DNA of 64,000 bases from positions 1 to 64,000 of IMG/VR virus record IMGVR_UViG_3300005529_000003; one strand, given 5' to 3'. Position numbers and translations under genes: made by a program. Source of the DNA: a virus. A model generated the notes under the pieces. That model was not told where the DNA came from, did not search any database, and worked only from the letters and a program-made list of their open reading frames with translations. This document shows, piece after piece, positions 18,540-27,595 of the stretch (positions are counted from its first letter, which is position 1; each line of letters starts with the position of its first letter).

Positions 18540-19460
18540 CTCAAACAGCTTGTTGACGCTGTCTTAGTCTACGCTGAACGTATTAACCGCTCCACTCTCG
18601 AAGCGTCGATTGTCGAACACACTCGCCGTCTTGTTGCGAGTGCAGGGCCTTCGGCTCTCATGACTTACTTGAAGTCGCACGGGCTTGCGAACGTCGTCGA
18701 TCCGCCGTCTACAACGCCACCACCTTCTCCATCTCCTACACCGACGACTCAACCAAAGCGGTTCATTCAGGTCGTCAACCAGTCCACGAGCGTTCCGAAA
18801 GACGAGTTCCTGAAAGTCGTCGCCGCCGTCCAGAAGCAAATCTCTCAAGACTTTGTCATCTTCTGGGGGCTTGACTGCGTCCTCTCGCCCGTCATGGCGT
18901 CCTCGACGACGTTCGTCCAGCCGAAAGTCGAAACGCTGTACGTCCTTGATGACAGCGACCAGGCAGGAGCGCTTGGCTACCACACGCTCACCGACGCCGA
19001 CGTCCCTGTGGGGTTCGTATTCGCCAGGACGACGAAGAAGAGCGGCGGGCAGTGGTCGGAGACGCTCTCGCACGAGGTCCTGGAGCAGCTCGCTGATCCA
19101 TTCGTCACGACTGCGGCCGTTGTGAACTTCCTTGGTAAGCCCCGCGCCGTTGCTTACGAGACGGCTGACCCTGTAGAGGCCGACTCCTACGCCATCGATG
19201 GCGTCAGTGTGTCTAACTTCGTCACGCCTCAGTGGTTCCAGGACTTCCTGCCGCCGACCGACATCAAGCTCGACTTCCTCGGGCGACTTAAGAAGCCCTT
19301 GACGCTGACTCCAGGCGGCTACGTCGCTTACTCCACTGATCTGATGAACTGGGAAAACTACTTCGCGTCTCACGACCTCCTCACCAAGGCGGCGGTCGTT
19401 AGGTCGCACCGTGAGAAGATTGATGAGTGGTGTCGCAGGAGTCGTCGTAACTCCCACTAG
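18525..19460 (+). CDS. Putative zincin-like metallopeptidase with Pro/Thr linker
   Basis: GALGYH, SETLSHEVLEQLADP, YETADPVE, VSNFVTPQWF. Confidence 0.55.
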   Translation: MTNDQLKQLVDAVLVYAERINRSTLEASIVEHTRRLVASAGPSALMTYLKSHGLANVVDPPSTTPPPSPSPTPTTQPKRFIQVVNQSTSVPKDEFLKVVAAVQKQISQDFVIFWGLDCVLSPVMASSTTFVQPKVETLYVLDDSDQAGALGYHTLTDADVPVGFVFARTTKKSGGQWSETLSHEVLEQLADPFVTTAAVVNFLGKPRAVAYETADPVEADSYAIDGVSVSNFVTPQWFQDFLPPTDIKLDFLGRLKKPLTLTPGGYVAYSTDLMNWENYFASHDLLTKAAVVRSHREKIDEWCRRSRRNSH

Positions 19461-20114
19461 TCATTCTTTATCGAGAAGTAAGTCGAGAACCCAGCACCCT
19501 CGAAGGTGTTCGTTCCTTCCACGACAATGAGAGAGGATGTCAGCGTCCTCGCAGCCGGCGTCTTCGAGAGCGTCAGCGAGGATGGGCATTCCTGAGAAGT
19601 CCTGATTGGCGTAGCACTCCGTGGCGATCTGGATAACGCTAGGAGTGAGCCAGTTCTTTTCGACTGATGGCACAGCCGTCCACAAAGGATCACCGAAGAG
19701 TTCTTCTAGCAGCCCCAGGACATTGACAACTCTTCCTGATTCTGGTTTGTTGTCTTTCACTGCTCGATCGATGGTTTGGCTTGCTGCTGATACTCCAGAC
19801 TCGTCATACACTATCCAGCCTTTTGCGATGTCTACAAGATTCGCTTTATCGATCAAGCCGTCTGCGTATTTCTTTGCATTCCATGTCGCCTTAATCAGCT
19901 TTTTGAAATGCGAAATCGTATGGGTATAGAAGGTCGTCCGTTCCAGATCTTCTCGCCTCTTTTGTTTAGCCCAGTCAAGCCCTAGCTTTGCATACTCTTC
20001 CCAGTAGTAACAACTAAAGAGTCGGAACTTTCTTTCTGATGGACGCACTGCTTTCAAGTGCTGGAAGATCGCCCACAAATCATCCTTGTCAGTTTTCGAT
20101 TCTTTTGTATTCAT
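19461..20114 (-). CDS. Gemmata-type LADAL-DAGC family protein
   Basis: SERKFRLF...MPILADALEDAGC...SHCRG...HLRGCWVLDLLLDKE. Confidence 0.75.
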   Translation of the reverse strand: MNTKESKTDKDDLWAIFQHLKAVRPSERKFRLFSCYYWEEYAKLGLDWAKQKRREDLERTTFYTHTISHFKKLIKATWNAKKYADGLIDKANLVDIAKGWIVYDESGVSAASQTIDRAVKDNKPESGRVVNVLGLLEELFGDPLWTAVPSVEKNWLTPSVIQIATECYANQDFSGMPILADALEDAGCEDADILSHCRGRNEHLRGCWVLDLLLDKE

Positions 20115-20128
20115 CGATCGCCTCGTAA

Positions 20129-21643
20129 GTGTCTTCCCTTCGCGTAGTTACTCGTGAATCGCCCCTCGTGGACCGCATCAAGCGGGCCTACGAACTCGCT
20201 GACAGCGTCTCCTCGCAGTCCGCTTTGGCGTACCTCAACCACGTCGTCATCAACTCAGAGCCGACTCCAAGGCGTTTCGGTGACGTGGCGAAGGACTGGC
20301 AGAAGATCCTCAACCAGCGGATCTTGCCGGCCGTCGAGTACGTCACGGGTGTTCGCACGGAGTACAGCGGGCCTCGGTCGTTCTGGATCACCCTCGCCCG
20401 TGGTCACGACAAGACGGGGGCGATCGGAAGACTTTGTAACTGGGCTTTGGCTTATACCCGTCGTTACATCAACTGTATTGCGTGTGCGAAAGACCGCGAC
20501 CAGGCGAACTTCCTACTCGAGTCCATGCAGGTCGAGGCAAACCTCAACCCGTGGCTGAAGAGGCGGCTTGAGTTCGCCAACTACAAGGTGACGGGGAAGG
20601 CGTCAGGCAGCGTTCTCAAGGCTGGAGCATCAGACGCAGCCGGCAGCTTCGGTGCTCGTGGCGACCTTATCGTCCTGGACGAGTTGACGCACTGGGAGAC
20701 GCGGGGGCTTTGGGACACGATCATGAGCGGCGCTGAGAAGCGTCGTAATCGTGTCGTCGTCATTATCACGAACGCTGGGCTGAAGCATTCGTGGCAAGAA
20801 GAAGAACTCCAGAAGATCAAGAAGTTCGCCCGCCTCCCGCAGACGAAGTGGTGGGTCTACGAAGCACCTGGAAGACTCGATACCTGGATGAACGAGGAGG
20901 CGATCCAGCGCGAATCGATCCTGCTTCCGCCCGCCACAGCTCGTAGGGTGTTGTTCAACCAGTGGATCGACCCTGGAGAAGAGAGCGGGTTCGTCACTCG
21001 CCAGGAGGTCGATTGCTGTTCAGAACTTGGCAAGCGACTACAGCTCACCTATCGAGATTCCCCTCACAACAAGGACGTCGAGCACTTCGCGGCCATCGAC
21101 TACGGGCCTGTCAAGGACCGCACCGCCCTCTGTGTCCTCCACCAAAGACCGGAAGACAACATCCTCGTCATTGACCGCCTCGACATCATGCAGGGATCTC
21201 GCGGTTGTCCTGTGTCGATCGAGGCTGTTGAACGGTGGATAGATGAGGTTCGCTCGAAGTTCCGTCTCGCTGCTGTCGTCATCGACCCGTATCAGATGGA
21301 GTCCACGATCCAGCGTTACACAGGTGTTGTCCCGATTGAGCGATTCGAGGCTCGTGGGGGGAAGTCGAACTACGAACTCGCCGCTAACTTGCGTGCGTTG
21401 ATCGTTAACAAGCAGATCGCCTGGTATGCGGACTGTGGAGGAATACCTAAAGAAGGAAGGATGCACTCACTTGACGACGAGCTGATCGAGTTGATCGTCA
21501 AGCAGATGGGGTACGGCTTCAGGATCGACCACTTGCCGTCTCTGCATGACGACCGTTGTGTTTGCGTCGGGATGGCGGCGCTCCACTGCGTTCAACGAGG
21601 GCGTCGAGTACTTCTTCCAGACGATCTGACGCAATGGTTTTAA
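20129..21643 (+). CDS. terL: Terminase large subunit
   Basis: Walker A-like ARGHDKT, Walker B IVLDE, IITNAG, nuclease AIDYG...DRTA and HDD. Confidence 0.85.
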   Translation: MSSLRVVTRESPLVDRIKRAYELADSVSSQSALAYLNHVVINSEPTPRRFGDVAKDWQKILNQRILPAVEYVTGVRTEYSGPRSFWITLARGHDKTGAIGRLCNWALAYTRRYINCIACAKDRDQANFLLESMQVEANLNPWLKRRLEFANYKVTGKASGSVLKAGASDAAGSFGARGDLIVLDELTHWETRGLWDTIMSGAEKRRNRVVVIITNAGLKHSWQEEELQKIKKFARLPQTKWWVYEAPGRLDTWMNEEAIQRESILLPPATARRVLFNQWIDPGEESGFVTRQEVDCCSELGKRLQLTYRDSPHNKDVEHFAAIDYGPVKDRTALCVLHQRPEDNILVIDRLDIMQGSRGCPVSIEAVERWIDEVRSKFRLAAVVIDPYQMESTIQRYTGVVPIERFEARGGKSNYELAANLRALIVNKQIAWYADCGGIPKEGRMHSLDDELIELIVKQMGYGFRIDHLPSLHDDRCVCVGMAALHCVQRGRRVLLPDDLTQWF

Positions 21644-22004
21644 TCTTACCGGCAAGCATCAACGCCTTCGCAAGAGCGAACTCCGCCTTGATGATCGACG
21701 AAAAAAAATTGAACCACTTCGTTTTTGTAGTCGTATCACCGTCTTCCATTTGTTCAAAGACATCTCTGTTAATGCAGAAGTTGGGGTCTTTGGCATTTGG
21801 GTACTTCACTCCATCACCCCAAACGTTATCTCCGTCGGAGTGTTCGTAGCTGGCGTACTGATGTTCGATTAACCAGCGTTGAGTTTCAGCGAGAACGTCT
21901 GTGATATCCGTGAACTGATCCTCGAGCCAGTCAGCAAACACAGAGCGAAGCTCCCAGTTCTGCTTGTCCTCCTCGATTTGCTTGTACCAGTCATCGATCG
22001 TCAT
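21519..22004 (-). CDS. TIGR02996-like domain protein
   Basis: MTIDDWY...LRSVFADWLEDQ...AEFALAKA. Confidence 0.7.
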   Translation of the reverse strand: MTIDDWYKQIEEDKQNWELRSVFADWLEDQFTDITDVLAETQRWLIEHQYASYEHSDGDNVWGDGVKYPNAKDPNFCINRDVFEQMEDGDTTTKTKWFNFFSSIIKAEFALAKALMLAGKIKTIASDRLEEVLDALVERSGAPPSRRKHNGRHAETASGRS

Positions 22005-22420
22005 GCTTGCTCTTTCTCCTTGCTGGTTCTAATGACTTGTTCTCCGAAGAACCGCTCCAGCTTCAATAGGCTCCCGTTCGTAAACCACCACCTTGTATAC
22101 AACTCCTGATTTTCAAAACTGTATTTAGTCGGCGATGTCTCGAATACCTCCTTGACCTTCTTGGCCGGGAGCAAACATGAGGTCCATTTTGACTTCTTGT
22201 ACAAATCGTTGTCGTCTCTACCTAACTGGAAAAATGCGGGGAACGGAACCGTCGACTGTTCACGTTGAAATAAAGGGCTTATGCCTGTCGCCAGGAAGAT
22301 CTCCTGGGCCACTAAACACCACTCAACATCATTGTCGAATGCCCAATCACGCAACGCCGCCCTAGCCGCAAAGTCTCCAGGGTCCTTTTCGAGAATTGTG
22401 TACCAGTCGTCGATTGTCAT
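22001..22420 (-). CDS. TIGR02996-like domain protein
   Basis: MTIDDWY...DPGDFAARAALRDWAFDN. Confidence 0.65.
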   Translation of the reverse strand: MTIDDWYTILEKDPGDFAARAALRDWAFDNDVEWCLVAQEIFLATGISPLFQREQSTVPFPAFFQLGRDDNDLYKKSKWTSCLLPAKKVKEVFETSPTKYSFENQELYTRWWFTNGSLLKLERFFGEQVIRTSKEKEQA

Positions 22421-22445
22421 TAGTCTGCCTCCGAGCCTATCGTCA

Positions 22446-22619
22446 TTATCGAATCTCCTTTACGGTCGCGGTCATCTTCTCCAGATCGAACTCAACGATG
22501 ATTTGCTCGCCATACCTGATCCACTTTTTCAGCTTCTCGCGGATTTCGTCCTCGTTTTCTTTATCGGCGACGGCCCACTCAACGGCGTCAGGCGTCTTGA
22601 ATGTGATGGATACCTTCAT
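22446..22619 (-). CDS. Small conserved phage hypothetical protein
   Basis: MKVSITFKTPDAV...KWIRYGEQIIVEFD; AGGAG upstream. Confidence 0.65.
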   Translation of the reverse strand: MKVSITFKTPDAVEWAVADKENEDEIREKLKKWIRYGEQIIVEFDLEKMTATVKEIR

Positions 22620-22660
22620 AACTCGATCTCCTTTGAATGAGCAGAAAGAGAAAATTTCGC

Positions 22661-22689
22661 TTGACACGCACCATCGACTCTCTTAACCT
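22661..22689 (+). promoter_or_regulatory. Candidate sigma70 promoter
   Basis: TTGACA-N17-TAACCT upstream of 22757. Confidence 0.45.
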
Positions 22690-22756
22690 GAACGGCTGAG
22701 TGTTCGTTCATTCACCAGAGAGTTAAGAACGAAGAAGAAAGAAGGAGACGACTGCG

Positions 22757-23236
22757 ATGGCGCGAAAGAAGAAGCCTGTCTTCACCGACGACGAAGCCGC
22801 ATTGACTGACGAACCAGAAACTCCCGCGGCTTCTCCAACGTCCAGCAATGAAGAAGTCCCGACGTCCAGTTCGTCCTCGCCCTCTACTCCTGCGAGTCAA
22901 GAGCGTACCATGTCGAAAGCAGATGCGATCAGGACGATCCTCGACCGCGGCCTGACGTCCTCCCCCAGCGAGGTCGTGTCGATCGTCAAGGCGGAGTTCA
23001 ACATGGACGTCACGCCCGCTCAGGTGTCGGGGCTGAAAAACAAGAAGTCGCCAGACAGACCCTCCACAATCGCCAGGAGGACGCCTGCTGGTGTTTCGTC
23101 TGTCTCTCGAAGTGGAACTCTCAGTGGTGGCAAGGGCATCACACTGGACGACCTGGAACAACTCAAGGAGATGGCTGACAGACTCGGCGGCTGGGAGCAG
23201 TTGAAGGAGATCGTCGGCTTCATCGCCGCCTGGTAG
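22757..23236 (+). CDS. Planctomycete-type small putative DNA-binding protein
   Basis: SKADAIR...PSEVVSIVKAEFNMDVTPAQVS..K and LDDLEQLKEMADRLGG; strong AGGAG. Confidence 0.6.
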   Translation: MARKKKPVFTDDEAALTDEPETPAASPTSSNEEVPTSSSSSPSTPASQERTMSKADAIRTILDRGLTSSPSEVVSIVKAEFNMDVTPAQVSGLKNKKSPDRPSTIARRTPAGVSSVSRSGTLSGGKGITLDDLEQLKEMADRLGGWEQLKEIVGFIAAW

Positions 23237-23261
23237 TTCTCGGTCGATACTGACAGACAAA

Positions 23262-23293
23262 AGGCCCGCCTGACTAACAATCAAGCGGGCCTT
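23262..23293. terminator. Hairpin between convergent genes
   Basis: AAGGCCCGC...GCGGGCCTT. Confidence 0.6.
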
Positions 23294-23705
23294 CTTCGTT
23301 TGCGATTGTCGGTAGGGGTTCATTCCATTTGACCTTCGGTGCCCACTCCTCAAGCAGCCAGATCCAGGGGTCTACTTCTTTGTGGGCTTCTTTCTTGAAC
23401 GTTTTCCAGCTTGTCTTTTCTTCTACTCTTGCGTCCAGGTCTTCGTGAGTGTTCTCTCCTGGAATATCCAGGTAACGTTGAGTACATAAATACCAGTCCC
23501 AGGAACTACTTAACTCAACAGGGTACTTCTCGTTCTTGATTGCCCATCGTACTGCCGCCAATGCTTCCTGGCAGTCTGCCTCCTCTAGCAAGTCCTGAAG
23601 AGCCATCTTTGCTGCCTCGTTCTTGTTGACCATCGCGTCTTCAAGGCACTGGATCATCACCGAGGTCAATGTCTTCTTTTGTGTCTGTGTCGTCTGTGTC
23701 GCCAT
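23274..23705 (-). CDS. Divergent TIGR02996-like protein
   Basis: AKMALQDLLEE...AVRWAIKNEKYP. Confidence 0.55.
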   Translation of the reverse strand: MATQTTQTQKKTLTSVMIQCLEDAMVNKNEAAKMALQDLLEEADCQEALAAVRWAIKNEKYPVELSSSWDWYLCTQRYLDIPGENTHEDLDARVEEKTSWKTFKKEAHKEVDPWIWLLEEWAPKVKWNEPLPTIANEEGPLDC

Positions 23706-24018
23706 CTTCGTTGACCTCCACGTCGAGTTTCTTTAGCCGCTTGCCAGGAATGAAACGGTAGCGTGCGACCTCCTCTTTTGCCCCCACAAAGCCGCCTTGA
23801 TAATTGAGGGCACGACACAAGACGTCCTTCGTCAGCTTGTTCGTAGTGATCTTGAAGACGATGATTTCTCCTGCACACACTGGCGACGACTTCTCGCCAG
23901 TTACTTCCGTCTCTGCGGCGATCCCCTTCTTCACTGCTGACATCGAGGGGTAGTAGAAAGTGTCAAGCTCTTCGTCTTCGTTGACGTTGAACGGGAACTG
24001 GACTGCGTAAATGATCAT
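23641..24018 (-). CDS. Hypothetical protein
   Basis: Coupled ORF in the minus-strand arm. Confidence 0.55.
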   Translation of the reverse strand: MIIYAVQFPFNVNEDEELDTFYYPSMSAVKKGIAAETEVTGEKSSPVCAGEIIVFKITTNKLTKDVLCRALNYQGGFVGAKEEVARYRFIPGKRLKKLDVEVNEDGDTDDTDTKEDIDLGDDPVP

Positions 24019-24452
24019 TGAAGTTCTTTTGCTCCAATCTTTTCGAGGGTTTTCCAGAAATCTGTTACTAATTTTTGTGACAGAAAGAAAGCCTTTGGGT
24101 GAGTAAAAGGGCTTAGTGGCCCTGTGTGAATCCCAAGGGTTTTATCAGGGGGATCGTTTTTTGCTTTTCTTTCGTGCCACTTGTAACCATTTTCCTCTCC
24201 CTTTAAAAACTCTGCTTCTTTGTTTCTTTCTCGGTGTTCAGAGTAATGAATGAGTGCGTTTACTTCTAACTCACCCCCGAGTCCGCCCCACCATAAGAAC
24301 AGCGTGCCTCCAGTTTTTTTGATCCCGGCAGCGATCTTGCGTGCCTTCTCCGCTCCTTCGTAGTCGCCCTGGTCGAAACAGAAGTCCGAGTATACGAGCC
24401 AGTCCGTTTCTTCGACACTCTCTTTAGGCTCCTGGACGACGACGGTCTCCAT
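24015..24452 (-). CDS. TIGR02996-like domain protein
   Basis: WLVYSDFCFDQGD...KARKIAAGIKKTGG...FWKTLEKIG. Confidence 0.65.
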   Translation of the reverse strand: METVVVQEPKESVEETDWLVYSDFCFDQGDYEGAEKARKIAAGIKKTGGTLFLWWGGLGGELEVNALIHYSEHRERNKEAEFLKGEENGYKWHERKAKNDPPDKTLGIHTGPLSPFTHPKAFFLSQKLVTDFWKTLEKIGAKELQ

Positions 24453-24457
24453 TGCAG

Positions 24458-24700
24458 TTACTCCTTTGTATCTTGCTCAGGTCGAATCCTCGTCGCCGTG
24501 TAGCGACTCCAGTTCGTCATGGGCATATGGATTTCACCCGTGATCCTGTACTTGCCGCCGTCGATCGCCAGCAAGCTCATATGTTCTAAACCGCTCTGGT
24601 CGATGAAAGAGACTTCGTCAGCCGGTAGTGGCGATGGCGTCTTCACGATCTTCACTCTCTTTCTTTTTCGCTTTCGCTTTCGTTTTTTGGTCTTTTTCAC
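24458..24700 (-). CDS. Hypothetical protein with a KR-rich N-terminus
   Basis: KKRKRKRKRKR; fills a gap. Confidence 0.5.
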   Translation of the reverse strand: MKKTKKRKRKRKRKRVKIVKTPSPLPADEVSFIDQSGLEHMSLLAIDGGKYRITGEIHMPMTNWSRYTATRIRPEQDTKE

Positions 24701-24706
24701 AGTCGT

Positions 24707-25291
24707 TCATTGAAGTAAATGAGAGATGCGGTTGTTTGACACTACTTCTTGCAACTCCTCTTGATGTCCAGACAGCGTGTACTCCATCCGGTAAGCATCT
24801 TCGCCGTGCTCTTTATTGTCGAGGTCGTAGTAGTCCGGCAGCACCTTGACTCCCTTGAAGCCTTGAGCCTTGAAGAAGTTCTGGGCCTGGAGGTTCGTCT
24901 CCCGCACGCACAGGCCGATCTTCGTTCTCCTGTGGTCGGCGAGCTTGTCTTTTAACAGCGTCACCATGCTTGCCCCGACGCCTCCGTTGATTTCCTTCGA
25001 TCGTCCCGCACTCCTCATCACGACTTGATTCATTCGACGGCAGGAAGGAGCAACAGCGAGGTTCAGAATTTCGAGGCGATGTTTGTGAAGTTCGTACACG
25101 ACGAACCCGACGACCTTCTCGTCAATTTCTCCGACCATCCCAATCGCGTTTCGTTGACGGAGGACCCTCAAGAAGTCCTCGGGCGTCCATTGATGCTCGA
25201 AGCTCAACTGCTCGATCTCGTTCACCTCGTCCATATCTCGGCGGATCATCCAGCGAATCCAGACTTCCTTCAACCTGTTCTTGATCGTCAT
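24707..25291 (-). CDS. rimI: RimI-like N-acetyltransferase (planctomycete type)
   Basis: IRWMIRRDM, LRQRNAIGMV, YELHK, ILNLAV, VRETNLQAQNFF, EDAYRM. Confidence 0.85.
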   Translation of the reverse strand: MTIKNRLKEVWIRWMIRRDMDEVNEIEQLSFEHQWTPEDFLRVLRQRNAIGMVGEIDEKVVGFVVYELHKHRLEILNLAVAPSCRRMNQVVMRSAGRSKEINGGVGASMVTLLKDKLADHRRTKIGLCVRETNLQAQNFFKAQGFKGVKVLPDYYDLDNKEHGEDAYRMEYTLSGHQEELQEVVSNNRISHLLQ

Positions 25292-25326
25292 GTTGAGGTT
25301 TCCTTTCTTTCTTCTCGCGAACGCGG

Positions 25327-25737
25327 TTAGAGTTTGAAGCGGCCCGCGAGCATTTCTTCGAGCGTCTCGAGCCCTTTACCGAGAGCGAAGACGGCTTGAT
25401 GGAAAGATCCGTAGGTCTTGTACTTGAATGTGCTCCCACTACTCTCGGGAAGCGCCAGGAACAGCGAGGCAGGCAGACGCATGGTGCTCTCCTGGTTCAA
25501 GTCTTGCCGGAAGTCTGCTCTTCTTGCTCTCCAGTAGCCCCTCATCCAGATGTGACGACGAGCTTTTGGGCGGTCGTCTGCTTTCACTGGACGTTTCGCA
25601 GACTTTGCCATCCACCGCAACGCTTTCTCTTCTGTAGGCTTGCCGTTGTCGTTACACCAGTCAGCGCAGGCGAGCATATCAACGCCTGAAGATTTCAGTG
25701 GGTCGGAGAGGAGCTTCATCCAGTCTTGAATTAACAT
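25327..25737 (-). CDS. TIGR02996-like domain protein
   Basis: LACADWCNDNG...ALRWMAKSAKRP...LPASLF...AVFALGKG. Confidence 0.65.
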   Translation of the reverse strand: MLIQDWMKLLSDPLKSSGVDMLACADWCNDNGKPTEEKALRWMAKSAKRPVKADDRPKARRHIWMRGYWRARRADFRQDLNQESTMRLPASLFLALPESSGSTFKYKTYGSFHQAVFALGKGLETLEEMLAGRFKL

Positions 25738-26150
25738 TTGCTTTCCTCTGTTTGCTTTTTCTTCACTGAATTTCTTGCCTTGAAGAGAGCTTCATCCGCT
25801 TGTTGAAGCGTTCTATAGCTGCGAAAATTGTAATCTGTACTCATTCCGAGAAATTCAGGTAACTCTTCCCAAATGTCGTCTTCAATTGCGTTCAATATGT
25901 ACTCATCCTTGACTCTGTGTTCTCCTTTCCACCAGCACCAGTTTTCGATTCCGTATATAGCCTTCTCGCTTTCGTAGTACGATGCTAACTGGTTGTTCTT
26001 TTGGCACCATAAGATGAAGTCGGCATATTCCTCGTCGCCCTCTTCATCGACGAGCCACATTCTGAACCACTCTCGCGCTTCCTTTAGTGGACTAAGGTTG
26101 TTTCTATCGAACTTATCTTCCATGATCTTATACCAGTCTGCCTTCGTCAT
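25731..26150 (-). CDS. Divergent TIGR02996-like protein (paralog of 31605-32054)
   Basis: MTKADWYKIME...WLVDEEGDEEYADF...ADEALFKA. Confidence 0.6.
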   Translation of the reverse strand: MTKADWYKIMEDKFDRNNLSPLKEAREWFRMWLVDEEGDEEYADFILWCQKNNQLASYYESEKAIYGIENWCWWKGEHRVKDEYILNAIEDDIWEELPEFLGMSTDYNFRSYRTLQQADEALFKARNSVKKKQTEESKC

Positions 26151-26352
26151 TTCGATTCTCCTACTACCGCCTTCCTGATGGCACAAGGATGCGCAAACCT
26201 CTCCCGTTGATTTTTGAGGGAGAGTGTTTGCGTATCCCGCAACGATGTTCTTAGTCCTTACACATAATCTTGATCCACCAGCCGAATCCGAAGATCACCA
26301 CAACCACGGCTATCACTCGGACGATTTCAACAATGTTCTCTTCACTCACGAG

Positions 26353-26601
26353 TTACTCCTTCGCGTCGATCCTTTTGAAGATCTGTCCGTCGCCCACTTC
26401 ACCAAGCTTACGAATCTCATGACATGGAATGCCGATACAGAAACCTTGAACGTGTGTGATTCCTTTCCTTAATGCATTCTGGTCGCTTGCGTACTTACTG
26501 TTGTGGTCGATGGGCTTGATGCCAGTAATACTCTTGGCGAAGTCTTCCGACCAACCTTCAGCACACTCCCAGATCTCGCCATCAAGCTTCAAGACGATCA
26601 T
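26353..26601 (-). CDS. Hypothetical protein
   Basis: Coupled ORF with GAGGAG upstream. Confidence 0.55.
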   Translation of the reverse strand: MIVLKLDGEIWECAEGWSEDFAKSITGIKPIDHNSKYASDQNALRKGITHVQGFCIGIPCHEIRKLGEVGDGQIFKRIDAKE

Positions 26602-27299
26602 GGTGTTTCTCCTCGTTTAATCTTCTCCAACTCCGCTGTCCATAAAGGAGGGAGGGAGACTTTCTCTCGTTCAACATTCAACGCTACGATATTTAACGCC
26701 ATTCTCGCCTGCTCCTCGTTGTTGAAATAGACGAGTTCTGATTTGTCGCCCTCTGCCTTTCTTGCGTTGCGATCAATTTCTCGTAGCCGCTTGTAATAGA
26801 CCCGTGGAACATTACAGGGTTCTTCTTTCCTGTTGTTCAACTCTCTTTCATAATCGTCATAGTAGTAGCAACCTTTATGGATTACTGACTCTTCAGGCTC
26901 AACATCTTCGATACGAATCCACTTCACGGGCTGACATGGGAGGATCTTCGTCGCGTGTTCCATCCACAGTTTCAGCGGGCACTTGACAACCTCGACGAAG
27001 CCGTTGATGACCTTCGCTCTCGACGTCTTGTCGTCACTCCACTCAGGGCCCCACCTTCCTTCATCGTCCCTCGATTGTCCACACATCGCTAGACATGCCT
27101 CAAGCCCTGTGGATAGCACGCTTCCTTCGCCTCTCCTTGTCGCGAAGATGTCGTCCCTGATCCACGACGCCCACAAACTGTCCACGACTTCTCGTCCTGG
27201 TCGAGGGTGATCTTCGAGCCAGTCGGCGAACACGAGGCGGAGATCGAGGTCCTCGGGGTTCTCCACGATCGACCTGATCCACTGATCGAAGCGGTTCAC
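26598..27299 (-). CDS. TIGR02996 domain protein
   Basis: IRSIVENPEDLDLRLVFADWLED, GFVEVV, PCQPV. Confidence 0.8.
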   Translation of the reverse strand: MNRFDQWIRSIVENPEDLDLRLVFADWLEDHPRPGREVVDSLWASWIRDDIFATRRGEGSVLSTGLEACLAMCGQSRDDEGRWGPEWSDDKTSRAKVINGFVEVVKCPLKLWMEHATKILPCQPVKWIRIEDVEPEESVIHKGCYYYDDYERELNNRKEEPCNVPRVYYKRLREIDRNARKAEGDKSELVYFNNEEQARMALNIVALNVEREKVSLPPLWTAELEKIKRGETP

Positions 27300-27302
27300 G
27301 AT

Positions 27303-27497
27303 TTACTCCGCTGCTTTACGCAACCTACAAGCGATACATTTACCGCATTTATCCTCTGCAAATCTTCCGCTGGGCCGCTCACAAAAGACAGGAGTTTTAC
27401 GAACCAGTGAGCGAAGTTTTTTAAACTCTTTCAGTGCCTCTTTGACTGAATAACCTTCAAACGCCCGAATCAATTCGTCAAGCTCTCTGTTTGTCAT
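27303..27497 (-). CDS. Small hypothetical protein with C-terminal Cys cluster
   Basis: MTNRELDE...CGKCIAC; GGGGAG upstream. Confidence 0.5.
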   Translation of the reverse strand: MTNRELDELIRAFEGYSVKEALKEFKKLRSLVRKTPVFCERPSGRFAEDKCGKCIACRLRKAAE

Positions 27498-27595
27498 ACT
27501 TCTCCCCGCCTTTCTCCCGGTCGTTGAGCGTAAATAAAAAGTCCTCTCTTCTCCTTGATGAAGAAGAGAGGACTTTTTTTCGATACTCAGCACGC

